NCBI GenBank assembly: GCA_963813075.1
Contig: CAWEXU010000030.1
Coordinates: 352,001 to 416,000 of the forward strand
Source: Methanotrichaceae archaeon
GTDB lineage: Archaea; Halobacteriota; Methanosarcinia; Methanotrichales; Methanotrichaceae
Direction of reading: 5' to 3'
Length of the DNA stretch: 64,000 nt
Position 1 is the stretch's first letter; each line of letters opens with the position of its first letter. A program made the translations under genes and the position numbers. Shown in pieces: positions 42,221-52,608 of the stretch. Under the pieces are notes generated by a model. That model had not been told where the DNA came from. It worked only from the letters and a program-made list of their open reading frames with translations, and did not search any database.

Positions 42221-42715
42221 ATGCGTTATCAGTTGAAGGACAAATTATTCAGCATCGGCGGCGATGCGATGATCCAGGACGCCAGCGGGCGCGATCTATT
42301 ATTTGTGGATGGAAAAGCTATCAGCCTGGGACGGCGCTTAGAGATCAAGGACTTGGAGGGCAATGTGGTGGCGAGCATACAGCAGCAGTTGATTGCCCTG
42401 ACGCCCACCTTTGAGATTCAGCAGCGTGAAGGATTCAGCGCCAGGATTTCCCTGAAGCTGCTCTCGCTTCGTGACCGGCTGAAGATCGACGTGCCCGGCA
42501 ACGACGACCTGGAAGCGCGCGGCAATATCTTTCAGCATGAATACGGGATCTTTCGCGGCAAGCGCGAGGTGGCACATATCTCGAAGGCGTGGATCTCCCT
42601 GGGCGACACCTACGGCATCGATATCGACGACGACCAGGACCAGGTTCTCATTCTGGCCTGCGCGGTGGTGATCGACGAAATTCTCGATATGCGCCAGAAG
42701 GCGGATTTTGATTAA
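42221..42715 (+). CDS. LURP-one/scramblase (YxjI-like) protein
   Basis: KLFSIG....I.D..G....VDGK; G.IF.HEY.I; VA.ISK.W....DTY.IDI. Confidence 0.85.
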   Translation: MRYQLKDKLFSIGGDAMIQDASGRDLLFVDGKAISLGRRLEIKDLEGNVVASIQQQLIALTPTFEIQQREGFSARISLKLLSLRDRLKIDVPGNDDLEARGNIFQHEYGIFRGKREVAHISKAWISLGDTYGIDIDDDQDQVLILACAVVIDEILDMRQKADFD

Positions 42716-42785
42716 ACGGAAGGCATGTTCCAAAGCCGCTCCTTTTTGTTTTCTTCATGCTGTTCGAGACGAGATTTGCGCTCCT

Positions 42786-42890
42786 GGCTTTCGGGCATCT
42801 TCCATAGGGTTGCCGCATGGCCGCAGGGCGCGGCGGGCGGGCGCTCGCATGCGCGGCGGGGCTGCCATCGGGGGCCAGAGGGCGATGGGA
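42786..42890 (+). repeat. GC-rich palindromic inter-cassette repeat (other copies near 43659, 44654, 45712, 47474; half copy 41985-42026)
   Basis: core GCGCGGGCGGGCGCTCGCATGCACGCGGGGCTGCC in the same orientation five times. Confidence 0.8.
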
Positions 42891-42978
42891 GTGCAAAGGT
42901 TCTTATTCAACACAGCCAAACATATCTGAATGGAGGCGTGATCAGTTGGTTTGCTCAGATAACCTGGAGGTCAAAAAT

Positions 42979-43125
42979 ATGATGTCACCTGTCGTTAATG
43001 CTGTAAAGGCTAACTCTGAGACAGGCAAAGAGTTCATCGAGGGCATCAGAGAGGGCCTGGAGGATTTTGCTGAGGGCCGCTGTAAGGTCTTCAAGGATGC
43101 CGATGAGCATTGGCCTACCTGCTAA
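42979..43125 (+). CDS. small antitoxin-like protein, copy 1
   Basis: EFIEGIREGLEDFAEGR..VFKDADE, GGAGGT RBS; followed by a RelE relic. Confidence 0.6.
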   Translation: MMSPVVNAVKANSETGKEFIEGIREGLEDFAEGRCKVFKDADEHWPTC

Positions 43126-43159
43126 AACCCTGATTTATCGAATTTTGATCCTTTAAGGC

Positions 43160-43400
43160 ATCTAGGCCCCTCCTTCCAAGTCATTTTCATAAGCAATTCA
43201 AGAAGCTGACGAAAAAGGATCTGCTTGGGCAAAGGTTTGGGAAGACAGACCCAGAAACGATATGTGAAAATCCCGAAATAGGCGGACCCAAAAGCCACGG
43301 CTAGAAGGGCCTTCAGAGGCGACCTATGTCAGACCCTGTTGTGACCATTTACGGCGTACTTCGGCATATTTTGCCTACGTGTTTTGAACATAGTCAGATC
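43160..43400 (+). pseudogene. degenerate RelE/ParE-like toxin
   Basis: fragments PSHFHKQFKKLTKKD and ENPEIGGPKSH, with stops and frameshifts. Confidence 0.5.
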
Positions 43401-43883
43401 ATCATACATAAAGGCGTATGCAATGTGCAGTGCATCTAATGAAATAGTCGAAAGCACATTAGACATTGAAGCTCCGAATTGGCCTGCTAGCTAACCACTC
43501 GCAACAGGTAGCGCGTTAGCCCCGAAGCGCCAGCTCGCGGCACCTATGAAGAAATCGAGATGAAATCAGTCGGCTGCTGTCACCTTAACTCGGTCTCTCT
43601 GCAACTGCGATGACATCTAGCTGATGGTCTATCTTTGACAGAGGTTACTCTGACGATTGGATTTCTGGCATCTTCCGCAGGGTTGCCCGCATGGCCGAGG
43701 GCGCGGGCGGGTCGCTCGCATGCACGCGGGGCTGCCATAACCCCGGGCCGGGGGACAAACTATGAGGACATGCCGGATCCGAAACGCATGAAAGGAGCTT
43801 CCAACTTACTGAAATGGCCAGGGCAAAAAACTGGTGGGATTTCTGGCGATAGGAATTGATGCCAAAAGATGAGTTGATCAGTC

Positions 43884-44126
43884 GTGTCGTTCTCTTTGAA
43901 GATGCTGCGCCCGGCCAAGAAAGAACTTGACAAGATGAATAAGACCCGGGCGCAAAAGATCTATAACCACATCGAGCAGCTTAAGAGAGAGCCATTTCGA
44001 CCAAGCCCAGGGATGAACATTGATAAAGTGGCAGGCAAACAGAAGCATCCAGCCTACCGCTTGAAGATCGGACGAATTCGGGTTGAGTATTTCGTAGTAA
44101 GAGGATATACAAGAGGAGACCAATAA
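43884..44126 (+). pseudogene. RelE/ParE toxin copy 1 with a ~60-nt 3' deletion
   Basis: near-identical to 46645..46920 until EYFV, then lacks the last strand and stop codon. Confidence 0.7.
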
Positions 44127-44130
44127 TATT

Positions 44131-44325
44131 ATGATGGCCAGCAGCAAGACCAGATTACCTAAAGACGAATCTCTATCCGAGAGGGATTTCGAAGGCGTGA
44201 TATCCGAAGGCGAAGAGACCGAGTGCGCAGATAAGATTTGGGAGTATTATGAGAGGCATTTGGATGAGCTTGAGGACCTGGATGAATACGCCAAGAAACG
44301 CGGTCTTGTGAAACACGCAATTTAG
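44131..44325 (+). CDS. putative antitoxin (acidic, 64 aa)
   Basis: directly downstream of RelE, AGGAG RBS, duplicated at 46951. Confidence 0.65.
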   Translation: MMASSKTRLPKDESLSERDFEGVISEGEETECADKIWEYYERHLDELEDLDEYAKKRGLVKHAI

Positions 44326-44439
44326 AAATCTCGTAATTTTAGTAATCAAAGAAAATTTTGGAATTCCTTCCTTGGAGACGAGCGCTAATAAGGGCATGAT
44401 CAGTCGGTTTGCTCAGACTAGCCGGAGGTCAAGGATCTG

Positions 44440-44592
44440 ATGACTCCAGTGGTCGAGCCAGCAAAGGCTGACTCTGAGGCAGGTAAGGAGTTCATCGAAG
44501 GGATCCGAGAGGGCCTGGTGGACTTTGCTGAGGGCCGCTTTATGGTCTTCAAGGATGCAGATGAGCTATTGGCCTGTTTGTTGAGCCATTGA
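44440..44592 (+). CDS. small antitoxin-like protein, copy 2
   Basis: hand translation MTPVVEPAKADSEAGKEFIEGIREGLVDFAEGRFMVFKDADELLACLLSH*. Confidence 0.6.
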   Translation: MTPVVEPAKADSEAGKEFIEGIREGLVDFAEGRFMVFKDADELLACLLSH

Positions 44593-44934
44593 TATTTCCT
44601 ATTTTGCTCCCTCGGATCTTCTGTAAGTTTTATCGGTAATAGCTCTTCGAGGTTGGCTTTTGGGCATTCTTCTCCAGCTTGCCCGCAGGCGCGCGCGGGC
44701 GAGCGCTCGCATGCATGCGGGGCAGGCACTGGGGGGCCGGGAGGGCGAATGGACGGGGAAGGGGGCTGGGCCTGGGATCTGTGGCCGGGCGGCAGTGGGA
44801 TGCGGGATGCAGGGGGTAGGAGCGCCAGTGCTCCTATGCCTTCGGGCCTTCCCAGGGTCGCAAGGGCATGAAGGAAATTAGCTCACAGATTCTCATCGAC
44901 AGTTTCATATACAAAAATTGTAAACATAAGTATC

Positions 44935-45162
44935 ATGTCAACTAATGTTTACAGCATCCGGATAGATGATCGTGTTCGCCGGATGATGGATGAGATGAAT
45001 GACGTCAACTGGCAGGTCGAGATCAGACAGTCAGTGGAGAGGATGGTCCGGGAGAAGAAGAAGCAGAAGCTATTGGCGGAGGCAAAAGAGCTATGGGAGG
45101 ACCAGATTCCTAATAAAATTGGGGCGGCAGAGATGATCAGGGAGGATCGAGATGCCAGATAA
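44935..45162 (+). CDS. vapB: VapB-type antitoxin
   Basis: VYSIRID...VNW..EIR...IREDRDAR, overlapping the PIN gene. Confidence 0.8.
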   Translation: MSTNVYSIRIDDRVRRMMDEMNDVNWQVEIRQSVERMVREKKKQKLLAEAKELWEDQIPNKIGAAEMIREDRDAR

Positions 45163-45562
45163 GGTGGTCCTTGATTCAAGTGTAATCGCTGCTATGTTCT
45201 TTAGAGAAGATGCTTCAACGCGGGCATTAGAAGCAGCTGCAAAATCCGACTTGATCACCCTGGATCTTGCTATTGCTGAGGTTGGGAATGTGGCCTGGAA
45301 GCAAGTCGCCTTCTGTGGTGGGGATAAAGACCTGACATTAGCGGCCTATAAGAAATGCCAGAGTTTCATCTCAGAGGCGTGTGAACTCATCCGGGCTGAG
45401 GATCTGACCATGGAGGCATACAATATCTCTTTTGAGACCGGGACTGCTTTCTACGATTCGCTCTTCCTGGCAGCCGCAGAGGCAAGGCAAGTGCCACTCT
45501 TGACTCTGGACAGAAAGCTGTATGAGAAGGCCAAGCCAACCCGGAATGTGCAGCTGATTTAG
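45152..45562 (+). CDS. vapC: VapC PIN-domain toxin
   Basis: VLDSSV, EVGNV.WK, YDSLFLA.A and LLTLD motifs. Confidence 0.9.
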   Translation: MPDKVVLDSSVIAAMFFREDASTRALEAAAKSDLITLDLAIAEVGNVAWKQVAFCGGDKDLTLAAYKKCQSFISEACELIRAEDLTMEAYNISFETGTAFYDSLFLAAAEARQVPLLTLDRKLYEKAKPTRNVQLI

Positions 45563-45854
45563 GAGGCAGAACTGCAGAGTTGCTTCTCTGCAAATTGTTC
45601 AAGGATGCCGGAGTCACCGCGGCCTTTGAACAGACCAAATCGTGAGCGGGCTGTGGAGCTAGCAACTCCTGGCACCCGGACTGCTCTATATTGAGGGGTG
45701 ACAGACGATGCGTGGGCGATTATCCTTCCATGCAGGCGCCTTTGCGCGCGCGGGCGGGCGCTCGCATGCACGCAGGGCTGCCTCGGGGGGGCAGGGCATC
45801 AATTCTAATTCAGAAGGACGTGAATACGACATTGTAGTAGGGCGAAATTCCGCT

Positions 45855-46067
45855 TTAATGCGATGGGCGTTCTTTCTTCGCCCGATCGAAGATCTCTTCA
45901 ATGCTCTGCCCTTCGTATAGCCTTCTGGAGATCTCGACATAGTCGGTGGGCTCACGGTGAAACATACCCAGAAACTTATGTGCTCTGGCCGGCCCAAGGG
46001 CTCGGTAGAGGGCGTCAAGGCCCCTTGCCCTTATCTCAGCGTCGTCCATTTCGCCTACTTCGGACAT
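45855..46067 (-). CDS. small antitoxin-like protein of PIN-associated type
   Basis: EIR..GL.AL...LG....KFL......DY pattern; partial copy at 51960-52160. Confidence 0.6.
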   Translation of the reverse strand: MSEVGEMDDAEIRARGLDALYRALGPARAHKFLGMFHREPTDYVEISRRLYEGQSIEEIFDRAKKERPSH

Positions 46068-46069
46068 TA

Positions 46070-46270
46070 TTTTACCTCACGTCCGATATAGTGTAGTCCG
46101 CCTCAATATAAAAGGCAGACGCAAGGTGCAGTGCATCCTTTGAGGAATGCTGCTAATTGGAAAGCCCGTAGCCTAGACAGATCTCATACGTGATGGATGA
46201 CTCTCGATTGGTTTGACATTATCGACTCGACCATTTATGGAAAAGTCGTGGCTGCATCCAGACATTGGAA
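46070..46270 (-). pseudogene. degenerate PIN-domain toxin
   Basis: DALHLASA readable on the minus strand near 46115-46137; a similar LDALHIAYA relic near 43413-43439. Confidence 0.5.
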
Positions 46271-46644
46271 CTCCTGATTAGTCTGCGCGTAAGCCCCGTA
46301 GCGCCGACTCGCGGCACCCTGGAAGAAAGAGTGGAGATCTAGTCCTCGCCTGAATCGGACGAGTCACATCTGCAGTTGAACGACGTTAGCATATCTTTTG
46401 TTTAGCACAGAAGATCTAACAACGTTTTCGGAGTCCCGCGCGGTTAAACGCGCTGGGGTGACGGGGCCCACTCCAGGCCGTGGCGGCCCCCCTAACCCCG
46501 CGTCCGCGGGGAACAAATTATGAGGACATGCCCTCGATCCCTAAACGCATGAAAGGAGCTTCCAATTACTGAAATGGGCCAGGGCAAAAAACTGGTGGGA
46601 TTTCTGGCGATAGAAATTAATGCTAAAAGATGAGTTGATAAATC

Positions 46645-46920
46645 GTGTCGTTCTCTTTGAAGATGCTGCGCCCGGCCAAGAAAGAACTTGACAAGATGAA
46701 TAAAGAGCAGGCGCAAAAAATCTATAACCACATCGAGCAGCTCAAGAGAGAGCCATTTCGACCAAGCCCAGGGATGAACATTGATAAAGTGGCAGGCAAA
46801 CAGAAGCCTCCAGCCTACCGCTTGAAGATCGGACGAATTCGGGTTGAGTATTTCGTAGATGGGCAAGTGATCGTGATTTTTAATATCTTCATGAAGAAAC
46901 GGAAATCTGATTACAGATAA
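46645..46920 (+). CDS. RelE/ParE-family toxin
   Basis: AKKELDK, L...PF, YRLKIGRIRVEYFV motifs. Confidence 0.85.
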   Translation: MSFSLKMLRPAKKELDKMNKEQAQKIYNHIEQLKREPFRPSPGMNIDKVAGKQKPPAYRLKIGRIRVEYFVDGQVIVIFNIFMKKRKSDYR

Positions 46921-46950
46921 GAGGATATACAAGAGGAGACCAATAATATT

Positions 46951-47145
46951 ATGATGGCCGGCAGCAAGACCAGATTACCTAAAGACGAATCTCTATCTGA
47001 GAGGGATTTCGAAGGCGTGATATCCGAAGGCGAAGAGACCGAGTGCGCGGATAAGATTTGGGAGTATTATGAGAGGCATATGGACGAGCTTGAGGACCTG
47101 GATGAATACGCCAAGAAACGCGGTCTTGTGAAACAGGCAATTTAG
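46951..47145 (+). CDS. putative antitoxin (acidic, 64 aa)
   Basis: downstream of RelE; duplicate of 44131. Confidence 0.65.
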   Translation: MMAGSKTRLPKDESLSERDFEGVISEGEETECADKIWEYYERHMDELEDLDEYAKKRGLVKQAI

Positions 47146-47258
47146 AAATCTCGTAATTTTAGTAATCCAAGAAAATTTTGGAAATCCCTTCCTGGAGACG
47201 AGCGCTAATAGGGGCATAATCAGTCGGTTTGCTTAGACAACCGGAGGTCAAGGATCTG

Positions 47259-47411
47259 ATGTCATCTGTCGTCAAGCCAGCAAAAGTTGACTCTGAGGCA
47301 GTTAAGGAGTTCATCGAGGGCATCCGAGAGGGCCTGGAGGACTTTGCTGAGGGCCGCTGTGTGGTCTTCAAGGATGCCGATGAGCTATTGGCCTGTTTGT
47401 TGAGCCATTGA
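47259..47411 (+). CDS. small antitoxin-like protein, copy 3
   Basis: EFIEGIREGLEDFAEGRCVVFKDADELLA. Confidence 0.6.
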   Translation: MSSVVKPAKVDSEAVKEFIEGIREGLEDFAEGRCVVFKDADELLACLLSH

Positions 47412-47752
47412 TATTTCCTATTTTGCTCCCTCGGATCTTCTGTAAGGTCTATCGGTAATAGCTCTTCGAGGTTGGCTTTTGGGCATTCTCCTCCAGCTTG
47501 CCCGCATGGCTGTGCGCGCGGGCGGGCGCTCACATGCACGCGGGGCAGCCACTCAGAGAGTCGGGAGGGCGAAAGAGGGGGAGGAGAGCCATGTGGTCTG
47601 TGGCCGGGTGGCAGTGGGATGCGCAGATAGAGGGGGCGGTGCAGATGTGGGCGGAGGCTGGCGAGTTTGGCAATGGGATGGTACCTGAGCAGTTGCAGAC
47701 AGGGCATCGGTTTCGATTCGAGATTCCCAAATTCCATGCTTTCACCATAAAG

Positions 47753-48976
47753 CTAAACTACTGTCCTAATTTTCTCTATCGCCCAGTTAAATACGAGCAA
47801 GAACTTCTCCAGAGCCTCTCCATTCAGTGTCGATAATGGAATAGACGGGCCTTTGTCGACGGCGTCAATCGAAAGATTGATTCCTGGGATTTCATTTAAC
47901 CTATTGAGCAATTCTTTGCGCAAATCCTCGCTATCAAATGGCGGTTTAGTTTTGAGGTAATAGAAATAAGTCTCGATTCCTCCTGTTGTCCAGACTGCAA
48001 AAAGATAGTGCGATGCACCCTTGCTCTCTATAATAGGAGTAAAGGAGCCTCGTGTCTTACCATTGCCCCACCATATCCTATCTGTATTTTGCTTCGCCCA
48101 GGCGAGAATTTTTTTTGCCGATTCGATTCCATCGGAGTTAGATCTGGATGCAAGCTCCTGGAAAAATGATGGCTCATCCCATTTGCCAACATTAGAAAGA
48201 GATTTCCTTGCGTTTGCCACAGCAGTCTGGCCTATTACTCTCGGAACCAATGTTTTTGATTTTTCCCCACTATACTGTCTAACCTCTACAGCCAGAACCT
48301 CTGCCGGATTCATCTGTCCATTTAGGAATTCGACGATCTGTTGAAGCTCTTTTGGTATCTCATCTGCCACAAAGAGAAGCCTTATGTGGCCCGCCTGCAG
48401 ATTGATCTTAACCTGGCTCCAAAATTTGTCTACAGGATCTATGTCTTCTGGAGTTGCTTTGATCAGGCTTAAGATCATCTTATTTGGATCTTCTCCAGCT
48501 TCATTGGCCGAAGCTTCAAACACAGCACGGATCGACTCCACAGGCCAATGAGCGACGCAATTGGCTGCATAATCCAGCATCTGCCCGACAACCTTGCGTC
48601 TGGTGTCGTTATTATTGCTCTGCTTCACCTCGACTAATGTAGGTACTGCATCTTGGTCCAGGAATAAGTGATCCAGATACCATCTATCCGATCCGCCATC
48701 GTCTTCTGGCACCCCCATTTCCCTGGACACATGAAGCCATCGTCTGGGATTAGCTTCATCGATTTGATCCCCCGCCAGCAATTCAGGATGCTTTTCCAAG
48801 AGGGACTGAAGGATGTATTCACTCTTGTAGGGTTCCTTATCCATCGATTCAAGTCTGCCATCATCCGATAGTGAATATATTTTATCAGCCGTGTCGCATC
48901 CCCGCCTGTATTGCCCGCAGCAATAAAAGGTTAGCTTGGCATTACTTGAATCTGTTGGGAGAGCCAATAGCTCCAA
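47753..48976 (-). CDS. PD-(D/E)XK (NucS-like) putative endonuclease
   Basis: E..LQ, LDHLFLD...LVEVK and VVGQMLDYAA motifs; true start probably near 48890. Confidence 0.7.
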   Translation of the reverse strand: MELLALPTDSSNAKLTFYCCGQYRRGCDTADKIYSLSDDGRLESMDKEPYKSEYILQSLLEKHPELLAGDQIDEANPRRWLHVSREMGVPEDDGGSDRWYLDHLFLDQDAVPTLVEVKQSNNNDTRRKVVGQMLDYAANCVAHWPVESIRAVFEASANEAGEDPNKMILSLIKATPEDIDPVDKFWSQVKINLQAGHIRLLFVADEIPKELQQIVEFLNGQMNPAEVLAVEVRQYSGEKSKTLVPRVIGQTAVANARKSLSNVGKWDEPSFFQELASRSNSDGIESAKKILAWAKQNTDRIWWGNGKTRGSFTPIIESKGASHYLFAVWTTGGIETYFYYLKTKPPFDSEDLRKELLNRLNEIPGINLSIDAVDKGPSIPLSTLNGEALEKFLLVFNWAIEKIRTVV

Positions 48977-49354
48977 CGTACTTACGCAAGTTATTCGCTC
49001 ATCTTACGAAGTGAGACAGCGGCAGCCCACCCCAAAGGATGAGGTATGCTTCAGGCCGTGCTTCGGTTAGACGGAATCCAGAAACAATCGGGATCGTAGG
49101 TCCACTGGATTTAAAGACCAGATAAAATTGTGAATCTGTATCGTATTGCGAGGAGGACCTGTTAATAACCTTAAGAAAACATGAAAACAGGGCGAGGGTC
49201 GGTTTCCGCTACGGAATATTCCTGCAAATTTTTACAGCAAATCGTCACGCTACCGGAAAATTAGAGCGAAAGAGTAAAAACATTGATGTATTCGTTATGG
49301 GGACCATCAACTTTAAGTTAATCGGAATCCTCCTATGGGAATGGAGGGAATCGA

Positions 49355-49543
49355 GTGGAACGACAACATGTAATTTCCAGTAATATAAAATCAGTAGGAT
49401 ATGATCAAATTTCAAATATTTTAGAAATAGAGTTCGATAATGGGCGTACATATCAATATTTTGATGTGCCCAATCAAATTTATTTGTCCTTAATCGAAGC
49501 AGCTTCAAAAGGAGAATATTTTCATAATATTATAGAAATCTAG
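49355..49543 (+). CDS. KTSC-domain protein
   Basis: V.SSNIKSVGYD...LEIEF..G..YQYF.VP...Y..L..A.SKG.YF signature. Confidence 0.9.
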   Translation: MERQHVISSNIKSVGYDQISNILEIEFDNGRTYQYFDVPNQIYLSLIEAASKGEYFHNIIEI

Positions 49544-49581
49544 ATTTGAATTCAAGCAATTCTTTAAAGGAGGATTGAGTA

Positions 49582-51587
49582 TTGATAATAGAATCTATTT
49601 ATATAAAAAATTACAGATCTGTTTTGGAAGAGACACTTTATTTCGATAATTTAACTGCACTAGTCGGCGCCAATGGCTCTGGAAAGTCTTCTTTCTTACA
49701 TGCCTTAGAGTTGTTCTATGGCCAATCGCCAAAAGTTGAGAGTGAAGATTTCTATAATGAGGATATAACAAAGGATATCATAATTGCCATAACATTCAAA
49801 GAGCTAAAAGAAGAAAAAGAAATATTTTCTAGATATATCCAAGATGATAGATTAAAGGTAGAACGGATCTTTGCTTGGAATAATGGAAAAGTAATAGCCA
49901 AATATCATGGATTTAGTCTCCAAAACCCTCGGTTCAAAGCATTGCGCGAAGCCTTTGAGATCAAGGATAGGGGCAAGAAAGCCAAAGAAGAATATGAATT
50001 CTTGCGTACAGATAGTGATTATATGGATCTGCCTCCTTGGTCATACTTAAAGACGGCTCAAGAGAATATAAAATCGTGGGAAGAAGAAAATCAAAAAAAA
50101 TGCGATCGCCATCGAGATGATGGCCAGTTCTTTGGATTTAATGAAGTCGGATTAGGTTATCTAGGAAAGTTTACTAAGTTCCTGTTTATCCCAGCTATAA
50201 GGGATGCATCTTCTGATTCGGTAGATGGAAAGGGTTCAGTAATTACGTATCTCATGGATTTAGTTGTCCGAAGTGTGTTGGCCCAAAAAGATGGTGTTAA
50301 AGAACTAAAAGAGGAAACACAAAGAAAATACCAAGAAATTATGGATCCGACTAAATTACCAGAGTTAAACCTATTAGCAGAGAGGATGACAGGAACCTTG
50401 AGAACTTTTGTTCCTGATGCCAAAGTGGAGCTCAAATGGCTTAGCTTAGAACAAATTGAAATACCTTCGCCAAAAGCGGAAGTTAAGTTAGTAGAAGACG
50501 GCTATCCTTCTGCCGTAGCAAGAACTGGACATGGCCTGCAGAGAGCATTCATTTTAACTATGCTGCAACATTTGGCACTGGCACAAACAGTCGAAAAGCA
50601 GTCCGAGACAGAAGCGAGTGAAGATAAATCTGAGATGGATAACAAATTACCCAATCTCGTTTTGGCCATAGAAGAGCCTGAGCTTTATCAGCATCCTAAT
50701 AGACAGCGACATTTTGCTAAGATATTAATGCAATTATCTTGCATGAAGATTCCAGGAGTAGCCGAAAGGACTCAAATTATATATGGAACTCATTCTCCAT
50801 TATTCGTAGGGATTGACCGGATTGAACAAATTAGGCTACTGAGAAAAATAGGCATTGCAGATGATAGGCCCAAAATTTCAAAGATATTTAGTACCGACTT
50901 AGACGAAGTAGGTAGAAGAGTTTCGGAGATAGAAGGTAAGCCAACAGCCGAAATGTATACGAAGCAGACGACATTGCCTCGGCTTAAGACCATCATGACT
51001 CCATGGATGAATGAAGGTTTTTTTGCAGATGTTGCGATCCTGGTCGAAGGAGAAGATGACCGAGCAGCCATATTAGGTATAGCCAAAGCAAAGGGCTATG
51101 ATCTTGAAGGTAATGGTTTCTCAGTGATTCCTTGCGGCGGCAAGACAAATATTAGTAGACCATATATTATTTTTAATAATTTAAATATTCCACTATATAT
51201 AATTTGGGATGGAGATTTCGGTAAAGGGGAAACGCAAGGCATATGCAAAGAATGTGGACGTCCACTGGACAAAAAGCCAGATCCAAAGGAAAACCATAAG
51301 CTTCTCAGATTAATGGGTAAGAAAGAAGAGGATTGGCCTGAATATATAGAAGAGAATTTTGCCAGCTTTAAAACAGAATTGGAGAGCACCTTGGAAGACT
51401 GAAATTGGTCATGAAGTTTTTGAGAAATGTCTCGGAAGATGCCAAGTTGAATTTTGTATTGCAAAACGAAAGCATGCAATAAAGATATCCAAGTGTAATC
51501 ACGACGATTTTGAAATATGCTAAAGATGAAGGCAACACCAGTAAGTCTCTGGATGAAATATTGGATAGGATCATGGCATTGAAATAG
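49582..51587 (+). CDS. OLD-family ABC-ATPase/TOPRIM nuclease (frameshifts near 51400-51485)
   Basis: GANGSGKS, GHGLQR, IEEPELYQHP, THSP, LVEGEDD, GGK, D.D motifs; C-terminus continues out of frame. Confidence 0.85.
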
Positions 51588-52192
51588 ATTAAAGGAACAG
51601 GATGCTAAGCTTGCAGGTATTCAGTTGAGGGATAGCTATATAGATGAGTGATCAAGACCTGCTATCTTCAGAAGGCTTTTATGAGTTGTGGATCGGATCG
51701 TAGCATCCCTCTAGCTAAGAGAGTAACAAGGCCCTGAAGATCCTGGATCGCATAGAGCTTAGCTACTAAAGCAAATAACATGAGTTCCTCTGCGGTCAAG
51801 CTATCCAAGTAAGGCAAGCGTATACCTTTAAGAACTCCATAGCTTTATGAAGACTCTTAACTTGATGGGAGGATATTCCTTATGAAAGAGTTGGCGAGCT
51901 ATGAAGGAGGCCACGAGGATGGGTGTTGAGATGAAAGAAGATTTTTATGTTGGCGTCATTTCCTAATTCAGAAGGACTTGAATATGGCATTGCAGGAGGG
52001 CGAAATCCCGCTTCAATGCGATGTGCGTCTTTCTTCGCCCGATCAAAGATCTCTTCAATGCTCTGCTCTTCGTATATCCTTCTGGAGATCTCGACATAGT
52101 CGGCAGGCTCACGGTGAAACATAATCAGAAATTTATGGGCTCTGTTGGACCGGGGCACGGAAATCTCGTGTAATTTCAATCTTTTTAAAATA

Positions 52193-52556
52193 TTAGTATT
52201 CTATGATTTCCTCACCATAAAAATTTTTTCGCACATCCATATGTGTCTTAAATATTTGACATGAATTCTTTATTTCTTGCTCTATTGCAAGGATCCGGTT
52301 AATTAATTCATTCTCAAAGATACAACCTATCATTAGCATTTCCATAGTTATGTTTTGTTCGTGCTTTTCATCTATTTGTATTGAAGACAATATCGATCTT
52401 TTTTAATTTATATTTATTCATTAATTCGGTTTCTTCTTCGGTTAATTCCGCTCTTGCAGACAACGAATACAATATTTGTCTTTTCCACAGAATATTACTT
52501 TCAGATTGATTCTTTATAAGAGATAGCTTCATGCGATCCTCTCTGTATATTTTCAT
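52193..52556 (-). pseudogene. fragmented hypothetical protein
   Basis: two overlapping short AT-rich ORFs downstream of the Mrr-like gene. Confidence 0.35.
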
Positions 52557-52608
52557 TTTATTTTATATAATATTGGTTCCTCAGATTCCAGCCGGGTGTA
52601 AAGGAGAG

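Larger units (their letters stand above)
41222..42826. repeat. tandem duplication, period 803 bp
   Basis: ggaaccgcaaaagaacattgccgag at 41222 and 42025; near-identical units. Confidence 0.92.

Noticed and set aside
46520..46613. Fragment ending KNWWDFWR* upstream of RelE (also near 43790-43852)
   Set aside because: No credible start codon; likely the tail of a lost gene.
42786..47560. Canonical integron attC sites
   Set aside because: No RYYYAAC/GTTRRRY boxes and no intI; reported only as integron-like.
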